Positions 1-9,599 of a stretch of 64,000 bases of DNA are shown here, in pieces. Both the position numbers and the translations under genes were made by a program. The DNA lies in NCBI GenBank assembly GCA_046329515.1, contig JAXLUM010000003.1, positions 9,606-73,605 of the forward strand. Reading direction: 5' to 3'. Below the pieces are notes generated by a model that did no database searches, had not been told where the DNA came from, and worked only from the letters and a program-made list of their open reading frames with translations. Origin of the DNA: Chitinophagales bacterium. Lineage in GTDB: Bacteria; Bacteroidota; Bacteroidia; Chitinophagales; LD1. Numbering within the stretch: the stretch's first letter is position 1; every line of letters begins with the position of its first letter.

Positions 1-332
1 GGGGTTAATACGCAACCCAAAAGAATGAGCGGAATGTTTTGGCCAAGCGTGTAGAATTGTATTTGCAGTTTGTGATTTGTTGAGCTATTGCGGCTCCACA
101 ACCACCAGCCGTAAATGCCTGCCAATACATAATAGGTTTGCAGAATGGCATCCATATACAGATGTGCGTAGATATTGATGTAGATATAAAGTGCAGAGCT
201 GATAACGCCTGCCGGCCAGCAGTGTAAATCGCTTTTGGCAGCCAGCAGCACATATAATACACCATAGAATACAGCGAGATATTCGGTAAGTGTAAATGCC
301 AATGAAAGATTATTGAGCCAGCTGTTGAGCAT
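1..332 (-). CDS. pnuC: Nicotinamide riboside transporter PnuC family, N-terminal part (gene runs off window start)
   Basis: Own translation of the minus strand from ATG (330-332): MLNSWLNNLSLAFTLTEYLAVFYGVLYVLLAAKSDLHCWPAGVISSALYIYINIYAHLYMDAILQTYYVLAGIYGWWLWSR... It stays open to position 1 and shows the PnuC-like TM helices and the IYGWW.WSR motif. It is missing from the ORF track because no stop lies in the window. Confidence 0.7.
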   Translation of the reverse strand, partial: MLNSWLNNLSLAFTLTEYLAVFYGVLYVLLAAKSDLHCWPAGVISSALYIYINIYAHLYMDAILQTYYVLAGIYGWWLWSRNSSTNHKLQIQFYTLGQNIPLILLGCVLT

Positions 333-546
333 AAATAGCTATGCTAATAAATGAATAAAACGGTAGAAAGGGCGGGTTTGAGCAAGTTGATACTTAAGCC
401 CACTAACTCTCCCGATGCTTTAATCGGGACTGTAAGCCTAAAGGGAGAACCGCCCGGCCGCGCAATTTTAGAAAGAGGTAAGGCTGAAATGATGTACTAC
501 CCATTATTGCTATAATACACTAACATTGCCCCTGAAAAATAAGTGT

Positions 547-2073
547 ATGAAAGACGTTTTGAAGCAATTGGGTATTAACGAAGTAAATTCAGGAGTTAGT
601 ACAGGAAACAAGTGGATAAAAGGCAAAGGTGCGGTTATTGAATCGCATTCGCCTGTTGATGGTAAGTGGATAGGCAGTGTAACATCTGCCACTGCAAAAG
701 AATATGAGCAGGTAGTTAACACTGCTAAAGAAGCCTTTAAAGTATGGCGCAATGTGCCGGCCCCGCAACGCGGCGAAGTGGTGCGCCAGATAGGTGAGGA
801 GTTGCGTAAATACAAAGATGCGCTTGGCCGTTTGGTAAGTTATGAAATGGGTAAGAGTTTGCAGGAAGGATTGGGTGAAGTGCAGGAGATGATTGATATA
901 TGCGACTTTGCGGTTGGCCTTAGCCGCCAGTTGTATGGTTTAACTATGCACAGCGAGCGCCCTAACCACCGCATGTATGAGCAGTGGCATCCGCTGGGTA
1001 TTGTGGGTATTATTTCTGCCTTTAACTTCCCCGTAGCGGTATGGAGCTGGAACAGTATGTTGGCCTGGGTATGCGGTGATGTGTGCATTTGGAAGCCATC
1101 GGAAAAAACACCTTTGTGTGCTATAGCTTGCCAGAACATTGTAGCGCGCGTGTTTAAGAAAAACAATTTGCCTGAAGGCTTATCGTGCATTGTTAGCGGC
1201 GGACGCGAAGTAGGGGAATGGATGGCAAATGACACGAATGTGCCATTGGTGAGCGCTACAGGCTCAACACGCATGGGTAAGGAAGTAGGAAAGAACGTAG
1301 GAGCCCGTTTAGGAAGAAGCTTACTGGAGCTGGGTGGCAACAACGCTATTATAATTACGCCTGAAGCTGATTTAGATATGGCTATGATTGCGATTGCTTT
1401 TGGTGCAGTAGGAACTGCAGGGCAGCGTTGCACTACCACCCGCCGTTTAATTATACACGAAAGCCGTTATGCTGAAGTGAAGAAGCGCCTGAAGCACATT
1501 TACGGGCAATTGAAAATTGGCAACCCACTGGACCAGAAGAACCATGTAGGTCCGCTAATTGATAAGGCAGCAGTGCATATGTATGAAGAAACGCTTGCCG
1601 CAGGCAAAAAGCAAGGTGGTAAAATTTGGGTGGAAGGCGGTGTGCTTAAAGGTAAAGGCTATGAAAGTGGTTGCTATGTAAAGCCTGCTATTGTAGAAGC
1701 TGCAAATGATTTACCAATAGTACAACATGAAACCTTTGCACCTATACTTTACATTATGAAGTATAATACGCTTGAAGAAGCTATTGCCTTACAAAATGGA
1801 GTAGTGCAGGGCTTGTCGTCGGCTATTATGACTACCAATATGCGCGAAGCGGAATTATACTTAAGCGTAAACGGCAGCGACTGCGGTATTGCTAACGTAA
1901 ACATAGGCACCAGCGGCGCTGAAATTGGTGGCGCTTTTGGTGGTGAAAAAGAAACCGGTGGTGGCCGCGAAAGCGGTAGCGATAGCTGGAAGGCTTACAT
2001 GCGTCGCCAAACCAATACTATTAACTACGGCACCAAGCTGCCATTAGCACAAGGAATTAAGTTTAGCGTTTAG
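547..2073 (+). CDS. Aldehyde dehydrogenase, ALDH7 / aminoadipate-semialdehyde (piperideine-6-carboxylate) dehydrogenase-like
   Basis: The 515-aa ORF shows ALDH motifs (ELGGNN, GQRCTTTRR catalytic Cys region, FNFPVAVWSWN). The ATG at 547 is preferred over the TTG at 526. Confidence 0.88.
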   Translation: MKDVLKQLGINEVNSGVSTGNKWIKGKGAVIESHSPVDGKWIGSVTSATAKEYEQVVNTAKEAFKVWRNVPAPQRGEVVRQIGEELRKYKDALGRLVSYEMGKSLQEGLGEVQEMIDICDFAVGLSRQLYGLTMHSERPNHRMYEQWHPLGIVGIISAFNFPVAVWSWNSMLAWVCGDVCIWKPSEKTPLCAIACQNIVARVFKKNNLPEGLSCIVSGGREVGEWMANDTNVPLVSATGSTRMGKEVGKNVGARLGRSLLELGGNNAIIITPEADLDMAMIAIAFGAVGTAGQRCTTTRRLIIHESRYAEVKKRLKHIYGQLKIGNPLDQKNHVGPLIDKAAVHMYEETLAAGKKQGGKIWVEGGVLKGKGYESGCYVKPAIVEAANDLPIVQHETFAPILYIMKYNTLEEAIALQNGVVQGLSSAIMTTNMREAELYLSVNGSDCGIANVNIGTSGAEIGGAFGGEKETGGGRESGSDSWKAYMRRQTNTINYGTKLPLAQGIKFSV

Positions 2074-4298
2074 CGGAGCAGTGTAAAGTTGCCTGCCTGC
2101 TTTAATTGCTTTTGTGCACAATAGTTGAAGTATTCTACCTGGTAAATGTATACATCAGTAGGTTGCGGAGCGCTTTTGTAAATGCCGTTCCAACCTTGCG
2201 AAACATCAGTAGTTTCAAATAAGAGATTACCCCAGCGGTTGTAAACCTGCAGGTGATAACGTTGCGCGCCGCAGCGTGAAACGCCGCGATATACATCGTT
2301 CACTCCATCACTATTAGGACTAAATGCTGTGGGCATGTGCAATTGGCATTCATCAGGTAATATCTGCACTAAAATTTCATCGGAAGCGGTGCCACAAGGT
2401 GTAGATACGGTTGCTGAATACGTGCCTGTTTGTGAAACAGTATAAATGCTATCGGTGGAATTGTTCTGCCATTGATAAGTTGCATTTTTAACCGGAATGG
2501 AAAGCAGAACCCGGGCTGCGCCACAAATGGTAGTATCTGCACCGAAGTAGAAAGTAGGATCGCCGGTAAACACTTCTAATGAATCGGCAGCTTTACAAAT
2601 GGCCGTGTCCCAGCTTTGCACCCAGTAATTGCCAACCCGGTTAACTATTATTGATGAAGAAGTTTCGCCTGTGCTCCATAGGTAATTAATGGCACTAACT
2701 GAGGCGTTCAGTGTTAGTGAATCTCCTGTGCAAAGACTTAGATTAGGCCCAAGAACGGGTTGTGGACTGGGTAGCTGAAAAAGATTTATTGTATCGCGCG
2801 CAGTGCCGCATGTCAGATTTATCTGCGCCCAGTATAAGCCCGCGCCATTAACAGTTATTTGACTGCCGTTTGCACCCGTGCTCCATACGGTATTTGCATT
2901 ACCCGAAGATAAAGTGCGGCTAAAATTACCGCAGTAGGCAGTGTCTGCATCTAAAAAAGATTGATTAGGGCTAAAGACGGTTACAATAATTGAGTCTGCT
3001 TTAATACAGCCCGATGAGTTTACCTGAACCCAATAAAAACTCGGGTTAGCGGTTGAAAGTGTAGGGCCGGTGCTTCCATCACTCCATGTGTAAGAAGCGC
3101 AAGGTAAATTTGTATTAAGAGTAACTGTAGAGCCCGGACAAATTACGGTATCGGCACCGAGGTTTACCGTTAAAGAGTTGCAGTTTGAAGATACCACCTT
3201 ATCAGGCAAACCTGCGGCGCTAACCTTGCCGCCTAAATAAAAACCATCGTCTACAAAAGTACAGCCCGTTCCCGCAACGTTAGGGTTATTTATAACGGCA
3301 AGGTAGCTATCAGTGTAAACAGCAATGTATATTTTTCCATCGGGCGCTAACTGCATATACCCGGTTTTATAATTTGCATCGGGCCCGGTAATATTGCCTA
3401 TTAGCTGTGCGGATGCACTTATTGCTGCCTGTGTATAGTTAGAAAGGTCAAATTGGTAAAGGTAATCCTGCAGGTACCAACCCGTTAAATATAGTTTGCT
3501 TCCATCGGGTGAGAACTCCAGCCCCCAGGCGGCTGTATAATTAGGAATAAGTATGGCGTTGGAAAGAGTGCCGGTTGAATTGTCAAAATCAAATAATTCA
3601 AAATTTGAACTTCCGTAACAAGCTGTTGCTACGTGACGGCCATCTGTTGAAACATTTATTTGCCCTAAGGCATTATCTCCATTACCACCGCGCAACTGCC
3701 CAACATTGGAAACTACCGGAGTTGTTTGTAAGCCCTGGCAGGTTATAAGATAGGTATTAAAATTAGTAGAGCTCCATTCATGCGTTATCAACCAAACGTC
3801 CTTGCCATTAGCGTGCATTACAGGTATAACCTGCTCCGATGCGGGGTCTTTAAGCGCAATATTTTTTTGCCCGGAAACAATATCGCCCAGGCCTCCATCT
3901 AGACTCATATCTATTACTGAGTAGCGCAAACCATTGGGCCAGCCAAAGGCCGTCATAGTAACAAGGTAGTATATATTATAGCTACCCGGTTGGCGAATTG
4001 CCGTTGCCGCATGGCCTCCGGATAAATGACCGAATAGCCCGGAACCATTAGGCATTAGTTGATGGTTTCTGTTCCATACTTGTGTACCATCGCAATAAAA
4101 CAGGAGATTGCCGGCTGAATCAGCTACGGAGGCCGGATTGTCCAAAGCATTCATTGCACTATTGGTTACTACGGTCGGTGTACCACTTGTAAAGTCAATT
4201 CCCGCCTGGTTGCCGAAATACCATTTGCTGTATTCAAATTGAGCATTGAGATTGAAGACAACTATAATCCCAAAGAAGATTAGAGTGATGTTTTTCAT
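2070..4298 (-). CDS. Secreted beta-propeller/Ig-repeat protein with T9SS type-B (gliding motility-associated, CHU_C-like) C-terminal domain
   Basis: N-terminal signal peptide (MKNITLIFFGIIVVFNLNAQ). Repeated Cys-containing Ig-like modules. C-terminus reads PTAFSPNSDGVNDVY...GWNG...YIYQV, which is typical of type-B T9SS CTDs. Confidence 0.8.
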   Translation of the reverse strand: MKNITLIFFGIIVVFNLNAQFEYSKWYFGNQAGIDFTSGTPTVVTNSAMNALDNPASVADSAGNLLFYCDGTQVWNRNHQLMPNGSGLFGHLSGGHAATAIRQPGSYNIYYLVTMTAFGWPNGLRYSVIDMSLDGGLGDIVSGQKNIALKDPASEQVIPVMHANGKDVWLITHEWSSTNFNTYLITCQGLQTTPVVSNVGQLRGGNGDNALGQINVSTDGRHVATACYGSSNFELFDFDNSTGTLSNAILIPNYTAAWGLEFSPDGSKLYLTGWYLQDYLYQFDLSNYTQAAISASAQLIGNITGPDANYKTGYMQLAPDGKIYIAVYTDSYLAVINNPNVAGTGCTFVDDGFYLGGKVSAAGLPDKVVSSNCNSLTVNLGADTVICPGSTVTLNTNLPCASYTWSDGSTGPTLSTANPSFYWVQVNSSGCIKADSIIVTVFSPNQSFLDADTAYCGNFSRTLSSGNANTVWSTGANGSQITVNGAGLYWAQINLTCGTARDTINLFQLPSPQPVLGPNLSLCTGDSLTLNASVSAINYLWSTGETSSSIIVNRVGNYWVQSWDTAICKAADSLEVFTGDPTFYFGADTTICGAARVLLSIPVKNATYQWQNNSTDSIYTVSQTGTYSATVSTPCGTASDEILVQILPDECQLHMPTAFSPNSDGVNDVYRGVSRCGAQRYHLQVYNRWGNLLFETTDVSQGWNGIYKSAPQPTDVYIYQVEYFNYCAQKQLKQAGNFTLLR

Positions 4299-4320
4299 AG
4301 ATGTTCCAGGCTAAAAATAA

Positions 4321-5787
4321 CTAATCTCTATGGAAAGGTAAATAGTGGTGGAACTCAGGCAATAAATTCAAGAAATACACCAATGCAATATATACCCCAC
4401 CTAAAACACAGGAACGGAGGATAATATTCAAAATATCAGATTGCAGGTTGGGCAGAAAATAGTTAATGCCTAAACACAGCAATGTTATGCCTATAACTTT
4501 GGCTATAGTGCCGTTATACGGCTGGAATTTAAATTTTCGCCAGATAAGGAATTGCTTAATTGCTGTATAGAGTAATGAAGACAATGCTGTTGACATAGCG
4601 GCCCCGTTGATGCCAAAAGCAGGAACTAAAACCATATTGCTTATAATGGTAATTACTACAAGTGATAAAAGCAGCAGTGCCCCTTGCCAGTGTTTGGAAG
4701 AGTAGAACAGTATGGATGTATTAGCGCCACCCATCATATTTATAAGCGAACCCAGGGAAATAATCCATACCACTTGTACGCCCTGATGAAAATCTTTACC
4801 TACAAGGTTGAGCAGAAAAGTGATGTTGCAGTTAATGCCTACAAAAAGTAGTGCGCCTATGATAGATAAATACTTTACTGATTTGTAGAAAACATCGCGC
4901 ACATCGTTCATGTTATTTTCTACAACAGAGTGTGCCACTTTAGCGGTAACAATTCTATCTAATGCATTAAGCGGAGCTTCAATAAGCGTTGGTATAAACG
5001 CAGCTATAGTATAGATACCGGTGAGGTTCAGGCCTTCAAACTTGGCAACAAAAATAGAGTCGAGCATTTTTAAACCCAGTGCTGCAATAGAAGCCAGCGA
5101 TAACAGCAGGCCGAAGCTTACCATCTCTTTCAGGTTGTTTTGACGATAGAGTTGCCAATCAATAGTAAGCGAGGGTTTATCTTCTTTAAGAAGGTAAATG
5201 ATGAGCAGAAGGAACTGCAAAGCATAAATGCCTACATAAAAGCCAATGAACTGCTTAAAAGAAATTAAACCGAAGTGGTAGCACAGAATTAAAGCGATGT
5301 AGCCAGCGCGGGTGTATATATCATTTAAATAAGAAGGAACTGTTGTTTTGAATAAGGAAATTAAGTAGGTGGTAATTACCGTACTGAAGCCAAGAAACAA
5401 ACTGAAAGGGAAAATGTAATTGTAGTAATCAATAAAGAGCGGTGACTCCTTACGGAATTGCGCAATGACAAATTCCTTGAATACAATTAGGCCTGCAGCG
5501 GAAATAATAAACCCTATAATGGGAAAGATGAGCATGAAGCCGAAAAAGCCGTTGTGCCCGTTCTTTTCATTTCGAAAATGAGGGAAATACTTAATGGTCA
5601 TGTTGGTAGCGCCTATAGGAATGAAACTTGCCACCAGTGTAGAAAAAGCAAAGAGCACACGCGCTAAACCAATTTCTTCAGTGCTTAAAAACTTAGGCTG
5701 AATAATTATAAGGGAAACGAAGCCCAGGATAATTCCGAAGTAGGAACTAATGGTGTTTTTTATGCCCTGCCGTTGTATTACGCCCAT
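4321..5787 (-). CDS. Polysaccharide/oligosaccharide flippase (MOP/Wzx family)
   Basis: 488-aa polytopic membrane protein with many hydrophobic helices. It lies in a glycan gene context, abutting asnB. Confidence 0.7.
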   Translation of the reverse strand: MGVIQRQGIKNTISSYFGIILGFVSLIIIQPKFLSTEEIGLARVLFAFSTLVASFIPIGATNMTIKYFPHFRNEKNGHNGFFGFMLIFPIIGFIISAAGLIVFKEFVIAQFRKESPLFIDYYNYIFPFSLFLGFSTVITTYLISLFKTTVPSYLNDIYTRAGYIALILCYHFGLISFKQFIGFYVGIYALQFLLLIIYLLKEDKPSLTIDWQLYRQNNLKEMVSFGLLLSLASIAALGLKMLDSIFVAKFEGLNLTGIYTIAAFIPTLIEAPLNALDRIVTAKVAHSVVENNMNDVRDVFYKSVKYLSIIGALLFVGINCNITFLLNLVGKDFHQGVQVVWIISLGSLINMMGGANTSILFYSSKHWQGALLLLSLVVITIISNMVLVPAFGINGAAMSTALSSLLYTAIKQFLIWRKFKFQPYNGTIAKVIGITLLCLGINYFLPNLQSDILNIILRSCVLGGVYIALVYFLNLLPEFHHYLPFHRD

Positions 5788-7680
5788 TTACTTCATCCAC
5801 TTATTATACCAAAGCTGAAATAAGAATAAATAGCTGAGGCGTTGAAATTCTATTTTATCGCCGTTTAGGTAACGGTCGCGCATTTTAATAACGCGCTCTA
5901 CATTAAAGATTCCCTGCTTACGTAATGACTCTTCATTTATAACCTGAATTAAGGTATTCTTCAATTCATTTTTTAGCCAGCTTTCAAGAGGTACACCAAA
6001 GCCCATTTTAGGGCGCTCCATTATTTCCTTAGGCACATGCTTATGCACTATTTCTTTAAGCATGTACTTACCTGTGCCATTGCGGTATTTGTAATCTAAA
6101 GGCAGGCGTGCCACAAATTCAATTATGCGTTGGTCAAGGAAAGGCTCGCGGCCCTCGAGGCTGATGCTCATAGTAGCGCGGTCCACCTTCTGCAGAATAT
6201 CATCCACCATGTAGGTTTTGTATTCTGTAGCCTGAAATTTAGAGAGCAGGTCGTTTGTGTCGTTCAATAAAGCGCCTTCTTCAAATGGTGTGTTAATAGG
6301 GGCAATGTCTTTATTGATTAGTTGCTTTGTTTCAGCAAAGGTCATGGCCTGGCTTATAATGTCGAAGCGTTTAACGGGGTCCTGCCCGCTCATGTATTCT
6401 ACCAGCTTGCTCCACTTATTTTGCTCACTTACATCTTTTCGTTTGCCGAATAGCGAAGCCGCACTTGCGGAGGCCGATTGAAAGAACTCCGGAATTTTAT
6501 TCAGTTGCGCTAAACGTTCAACTGCATTAAAATACTTGGGATAACCTGCAAAAATTTCATCACCACCATCGGCAGAAAGAGCTACGGTTACTTTTTTGCG
6601 CGCCATGCGGCTAACCAGTGTGGTTGGTATAGCTGAAGTATCACCAAAAGGTTCATCGTAAATAAAAGGGAGTTGTTCTACTATATCCAGTGCATCCTGG
6701 TAGGTGCAGGTGTGTTCGTGGTGGTCGGTGCCGAGAAAATCAGCTACCTGCCGTGCATGGTGGGCCTCGTTAAACTTAGGGTCGTTAAAACCAATGGTAA
6801 AGGTTTTAATTTTTTGGCTGCTGTTTTTTTGCAGCAGGGCCGTTACGGCTGTGCTGTCGTAGCCACCACTAAGAAATACCCCAACGGGCACATCGGCCAC
6901 CATGCGGTATTGAAAAGCAGAAAGCATTAAGCGTTCTGTTTCCTCTTTTGCTTCTTCGTAGGATATGTTCAGCTTGGGTTGGTTGTAGCAATCCACTACA
7001 TCCCAATATTTCTGCAAGCTGGTTTTTTCTGTTTTTAAATCAACTTCCAGGTAATGTCCGGGAAGCAATTTATAGGTGTTTTGAAAGATGGTATGTGGCG
7101 CCGAGATATATCCCCGTTGAAAGTAAAGGGATAGGGCGTTGAAGTTGATGCTCTTTTCAAAGCGCGGGTGCTCAAAAAATATTTTCAGTTCTGAACCAAA
7201 CAAAACCAAACTGCCTTTTTGATAATAGAACACGGGCTTAACCCCGGCACGGTCGCGAAAAAGGACCAGCTTTTCATTTTTGCTATCATACATGGCAATA
7301 GCAAACATGCCTATGAAGCGGTCAACACATTTTACGCCCCAATGGGCATAGCTTTTTAAAATTACCTCGGTATCGCTGTTAGATTTAAAGGTAAAGCCCG
7401 CCTGTTCCAACTCGGCGCGTATTTCGCGGTAGTTGTAAATTTCTCCGTTAAAAATTACGGTAAGGCCTGCCTCTTCAAAGCGCATGGGTTGGTGGCCTAA
7501 GGGGCTTAATTCTATAATTGAAAGCCTCCTGAACCCCAGCCCTATGTGCGCGGCAGGTGTGTCAAATAATTCATAACCGCTGTCATCGGGGCCGCGGTGC
7601 TGTATGCAGCCTGCCATCCTCTGCAGTTGCTCTAAACTGCCATTCTTCGAAAAATCAATGTACCCTGCAATTCCGCACAT
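5788..7680 (-). CDS. asnB: Asparagine synthase (glutamine-hydrolysing) family amidotransferase
   Basis: N-terminal MCGIAGY Ntn-amidotransferase start. SGGYDS PP-loop (VFLSGGYDSTAV). 630 aa. Confidence 0.9.
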   Translation of the reverse strand: MCGIAGYIDFSKNGSLEQLQRMAGCIQHRGPDDSGYELFDTPAAHIGLGFRRLSIIELSPLGHQPMRFEEAGLTVIFNGEIYNYREIRAELEQAGFTFKSNSDTEVILKSYAHWGVKCVDRFIGMFAIAMYDSKNEKLVLFRDRAGVKPVFYYQKGSLVLFGSELKIFFEHPRFEKSINFNALSLYFQRGYISAPHTIFQNTYKLLPGHYLEVDLKTEKTSLQKYWDVVDCYNQPKLNISYEEAKEETERLMLSAFQYRMVADVPVGVFLSGGYDSTAVTALLQKNSSQKIKTFTIGFNDPKFNEAHHARQVADFLGTDHHEHTCTYQDALDIVEQLPFIYDEPFGDTSAIPTTLVSRMARKKVTVALSADGGDEIFAGYPKYFNAVERLAQLNKIPEFFQSASASAASLFGKRKDVSEQNKWSKLVEYMSGQDPVKRFDIISQAMTFAETKQLINKDIAPINTPFEEGALLNDTNDLLSKFQATEYKTYMVDDILQKVDRATMSISLEGREPFLDQRIIEFVARLPLDYKYRNGTGKYMLKEIVHKHVPKEIMERPKMGFGVPLESWLKNELKNTLIQVINEESLRKQGIFNVERVIKMRDRYLNGDKIEFQRLSYLFLFQLWYNKWMK

Positions 7681-7792
7681 GCCGCTAAAGTAAAAGGATT
7701 ACACTGATTATGAGAGATTACACGGAAAGAGGATAACCAACAGGCTTGGTTAGGGCGGTAAAAAGTGTAATACAGTATGCAGCCAATAATTT

Positions 7793-7800
7793 TACTTTTG
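7793..7800 (+). promoter_or_regulatory. Bacteroidota -7 promoter box (TAnnTTTG) for the methyltransferase/GT operon
   Basis: TACTTTTG sits within aattttacttttgcgg, 10 nt upstream of the ATG at 7811. The context is nearly identical to the box upstream of rpsC. Confidence 0.5.
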
Positions 7801-7810
7801 CGGCCTTATT

Positions 7811-8749
7811 ATGATAGATTTTGTATCGCCCAAAAGCGGGCTTGGCCTGGTAAATACCGGTTCCGACCTTATATCGTCGGAAGGGGAGAAGTTCCCTGTT
7901 GTAAACGGCATACCGCGCTTTGTGCCGGCTGATAACTACGCCAATGCATTCGGCTTTCAATGGAAGAATTTTGCGAAAACGCAATTAGATAGTTTTAACG
8001 GAACCACCATTTCAAAGGACCGCCTGGAACGCTGTTTGGGCTTTCCTATTGAGCAGTTGAAGGGAAAGAACCTGCTGGAAGTAGGCGCCGGTGCCGGCCG
8101 CTTTACCGAGCTTTTGGTAAAGGGTGGCGCTAATGTGCATTCCATTGACTTAAGCGCGGCCGTTGAAGTGAACAAAGAAAACGTTGGTAGCGCCGCTAAC
8201 TACAGCATTGCGCAGGCCAGTGTATATGAGTTGCCTTTTCCTAAAGCAAGCTTTGATATTGTAATGTGTTTAGGTGTTATACAACACACCCCAAGCAGTG
8301 AACAAACCATTGAAGCCTTATGGAACATGGTAAAGCCCGGCGGCTTGTTGGTTATTGACCACTACATTTGGCGCATCAATTATTATTTTAACCCTGCTAC
8401 GTATTGGCGGTTGGTATTAAAGGAAATGAAGCCTGAAACCAGCAAGAAAATTGTGGACGGTTTAACGAATGTGTTTTTCCCTATGCACTGGGCGTTTAGA
8501 AATGCGGCCCCTTTAGATTGGCTGATAAAACGCTTTAGCCCGGTAATGACGTATATGAAACTGCACCCTGAATTGAGCCGTGAAGAACACTACGAATGGG
8601 CGCGTTTGGATAGTTACGATTCGTTAACAGATTACTATAAACACTTGCGCACGCCAGAGCAAATTAAAACGCAATTAGAGAAGTTAGGCGGTAAAAACAT
8701 TTGGATAAATAAAGGTGGTAATGGTGTGGAGGCACGTTGCACAAAGTGA
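7811..8749 (+). CDS. Class I SAM-dependent methyltransferase (with Trm112-like N-terminal segment)
   Basis: Motif I LLEVGAGAGRFTELL. N-terminal FPVVNGIPRFV. Confidence 0.8.
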   Translation: MIDFVSPKSGLGLVNTGSDLISSEGEKFPVVNGIPRFVPADNYANAFGFQWKNFAKTQLDSFNGTTISKDRLERCLGFPIEQLKGKNLLEVGAGAGRFTELLVKGGANVHSIDLSAAVEVNKENVGSAANYSIAQASVYELPFPKASFDIVMCLGVIQHTPSSEQTIEALWNMVKPGGLLVIDHYIWRINYYFNPATYWRLVLKEMKPETSKKIVDGLTNVFFPMHWAFRNAAPLDWLIKRFSPVMTYMKLHPELSREEHYEWARLDSYDSLTDYYKHLRTPEQIKTQLEKLGGKNIWINKGGNGVEARCTK

Positions 8750-8761
8750 TTAATACCCCCT

Positions 8762-8810
8762 GAACAAAGTTTTTCGGAAAACTTTGTTCTCGTCCCCCTG
8801 TTAGGGGGAC
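8762..8810. repeat. Intra-operon double hairpin (REP-like)
   Basis: gaacaaagttttt-cg-gaaaactttgttc forms a 12-bp stem. It is followed by gtccccct-gtt-agggggac. Confidence 0.6.
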
Positions 8811-8833
8811 AAAGGAGGGGAAAAACAAAAGTT

Positions 8834-9541
8834 ATGAGTGAACAAAGCAAACAGGTAGGTGAATATTACGATAAGTTGTGGGATGAGTATGAGCAAACGA
8901 AGCTGAGCAAACCTAACAGTCGCCACCGCACTATTTTTAAAAACCTGAAGAAGGCCGGCCTGCAAAGCAACAGCAGCGTGCTTGAAATAGGTTGCGGTAT
9001 AGGTTCGCTATCAGGCTTAATTATAAACCACCTTAGCAATGGTTTTTTTGTTGGCGCTGATATAAGCTCGCAAACCATTGGGTTTTTAAAGAAGAAATAT
9101 ACCGACCGAAACCGCACTGATTTTGTGGTAACGGATATGACTGATTTTACGTACGGCAAAAAGTTCGACTTCATTATTTTTCCTGATGTGCTGGAACATA
9201 TACCGGTAAGTACGCATCCTTTAATTTTTGCCACGCTTAAAAACCTGGTAAACGAAAACACCGTTATCCTTATAAACAACCCCGAGCCATTGGCTTTGGA
9301 ATGGGTGCATAAACACCGCCCTGATTTATTGCAGATAATTGATCAGCCCCTTCACGTAAATCACTTTGCACAATTAGCTTACGACAATGGTTTTTATATT
9401 GAGAAGGTAGAGCCGTACGCCCTGCATACACAGCAATACGACTACCAGAATATCATCATACGCCCTAAGCGCGAGTTAAAGAGCCTTGACCAAAAAGGAA
9501 AGGGCGATTTGGTGATGGCGAATATTAAAAGTCGTTTGTAG
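8834..9541 (+). CDS. Class I SAM-dependent methyltransferase
   Basis: Motif I VLEIGCGIGSLSG. Post-I acidic residue and the DVLEHI motif. Confidence 0.8.
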   Translation: MSEQSKQVGEYYDKLWDEYEQTKLSKPNSRHRTIFKNLKKAGLQSNSSVLEIGCGIGSLSGLIINHLSNGFFVGADISSQTIGFLKKKYTDRNRTDFVVTDMTDFTYGKKFDFIIFPDVLEHIPVSTHPLIFATLKNLVNENTVILINNPEPLALEWVHKHRPDLLQIIDQPLHVNHFAQLAYDNGFYIEKVEPYALHTQQYDYQNIIIRPKRELKSLDQKGKGDLVMANIKSRL

Positions 9542-9599
9542 CGAAATTCGAAGCACTAATTCCTAAATTCGAAACAATTGCCTGCTTTAAATTGAGGTT

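Noticed and set aside
5-265. Track ORF of 86 aa on the minus strand
   Set aside because: It is out of frame with a much better reading frame on the same strand that gives a clear PnuC N-terminus (1-332). The 86-aa product is Cys/Trp-rich nonsense.
368-500. Tried to read the pnuC/ALDH intergenic structure as a TPP, NAD+, lysine or fluoride riboswitch
   Set aside because: Diagnostic cores are missing: CUGAGA...ACCUGAUCUGGAUAAUGCCAGCG for TPP, GAUGG...CCUAC for fluoride, and the L-box AGAGG.GC/GCCGAAG. Only a chance AACCGCC resemblance was found.
840-1439. 199-aa antisense ORF inside the aldehyde dehydrogenase gene. Similar antisense ORFs lie inside asnB, the giant adhesin (23761-32362), the kinase (35187-36958), the DUF4397 gene, metG and others.
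   Set aside because: They fully overlap strongly supported genes on the opposite strand and have low-complexity Pro/Ala/Val/Ser-rich translations. These are typical shadow ORFs.
2070-2073. 4-nt overlapping convergent stop codons (also at 21984-21987)
   Set aside because: Real, but this is ordinary genome compaction. No hairpin or other signal is associated with either site.
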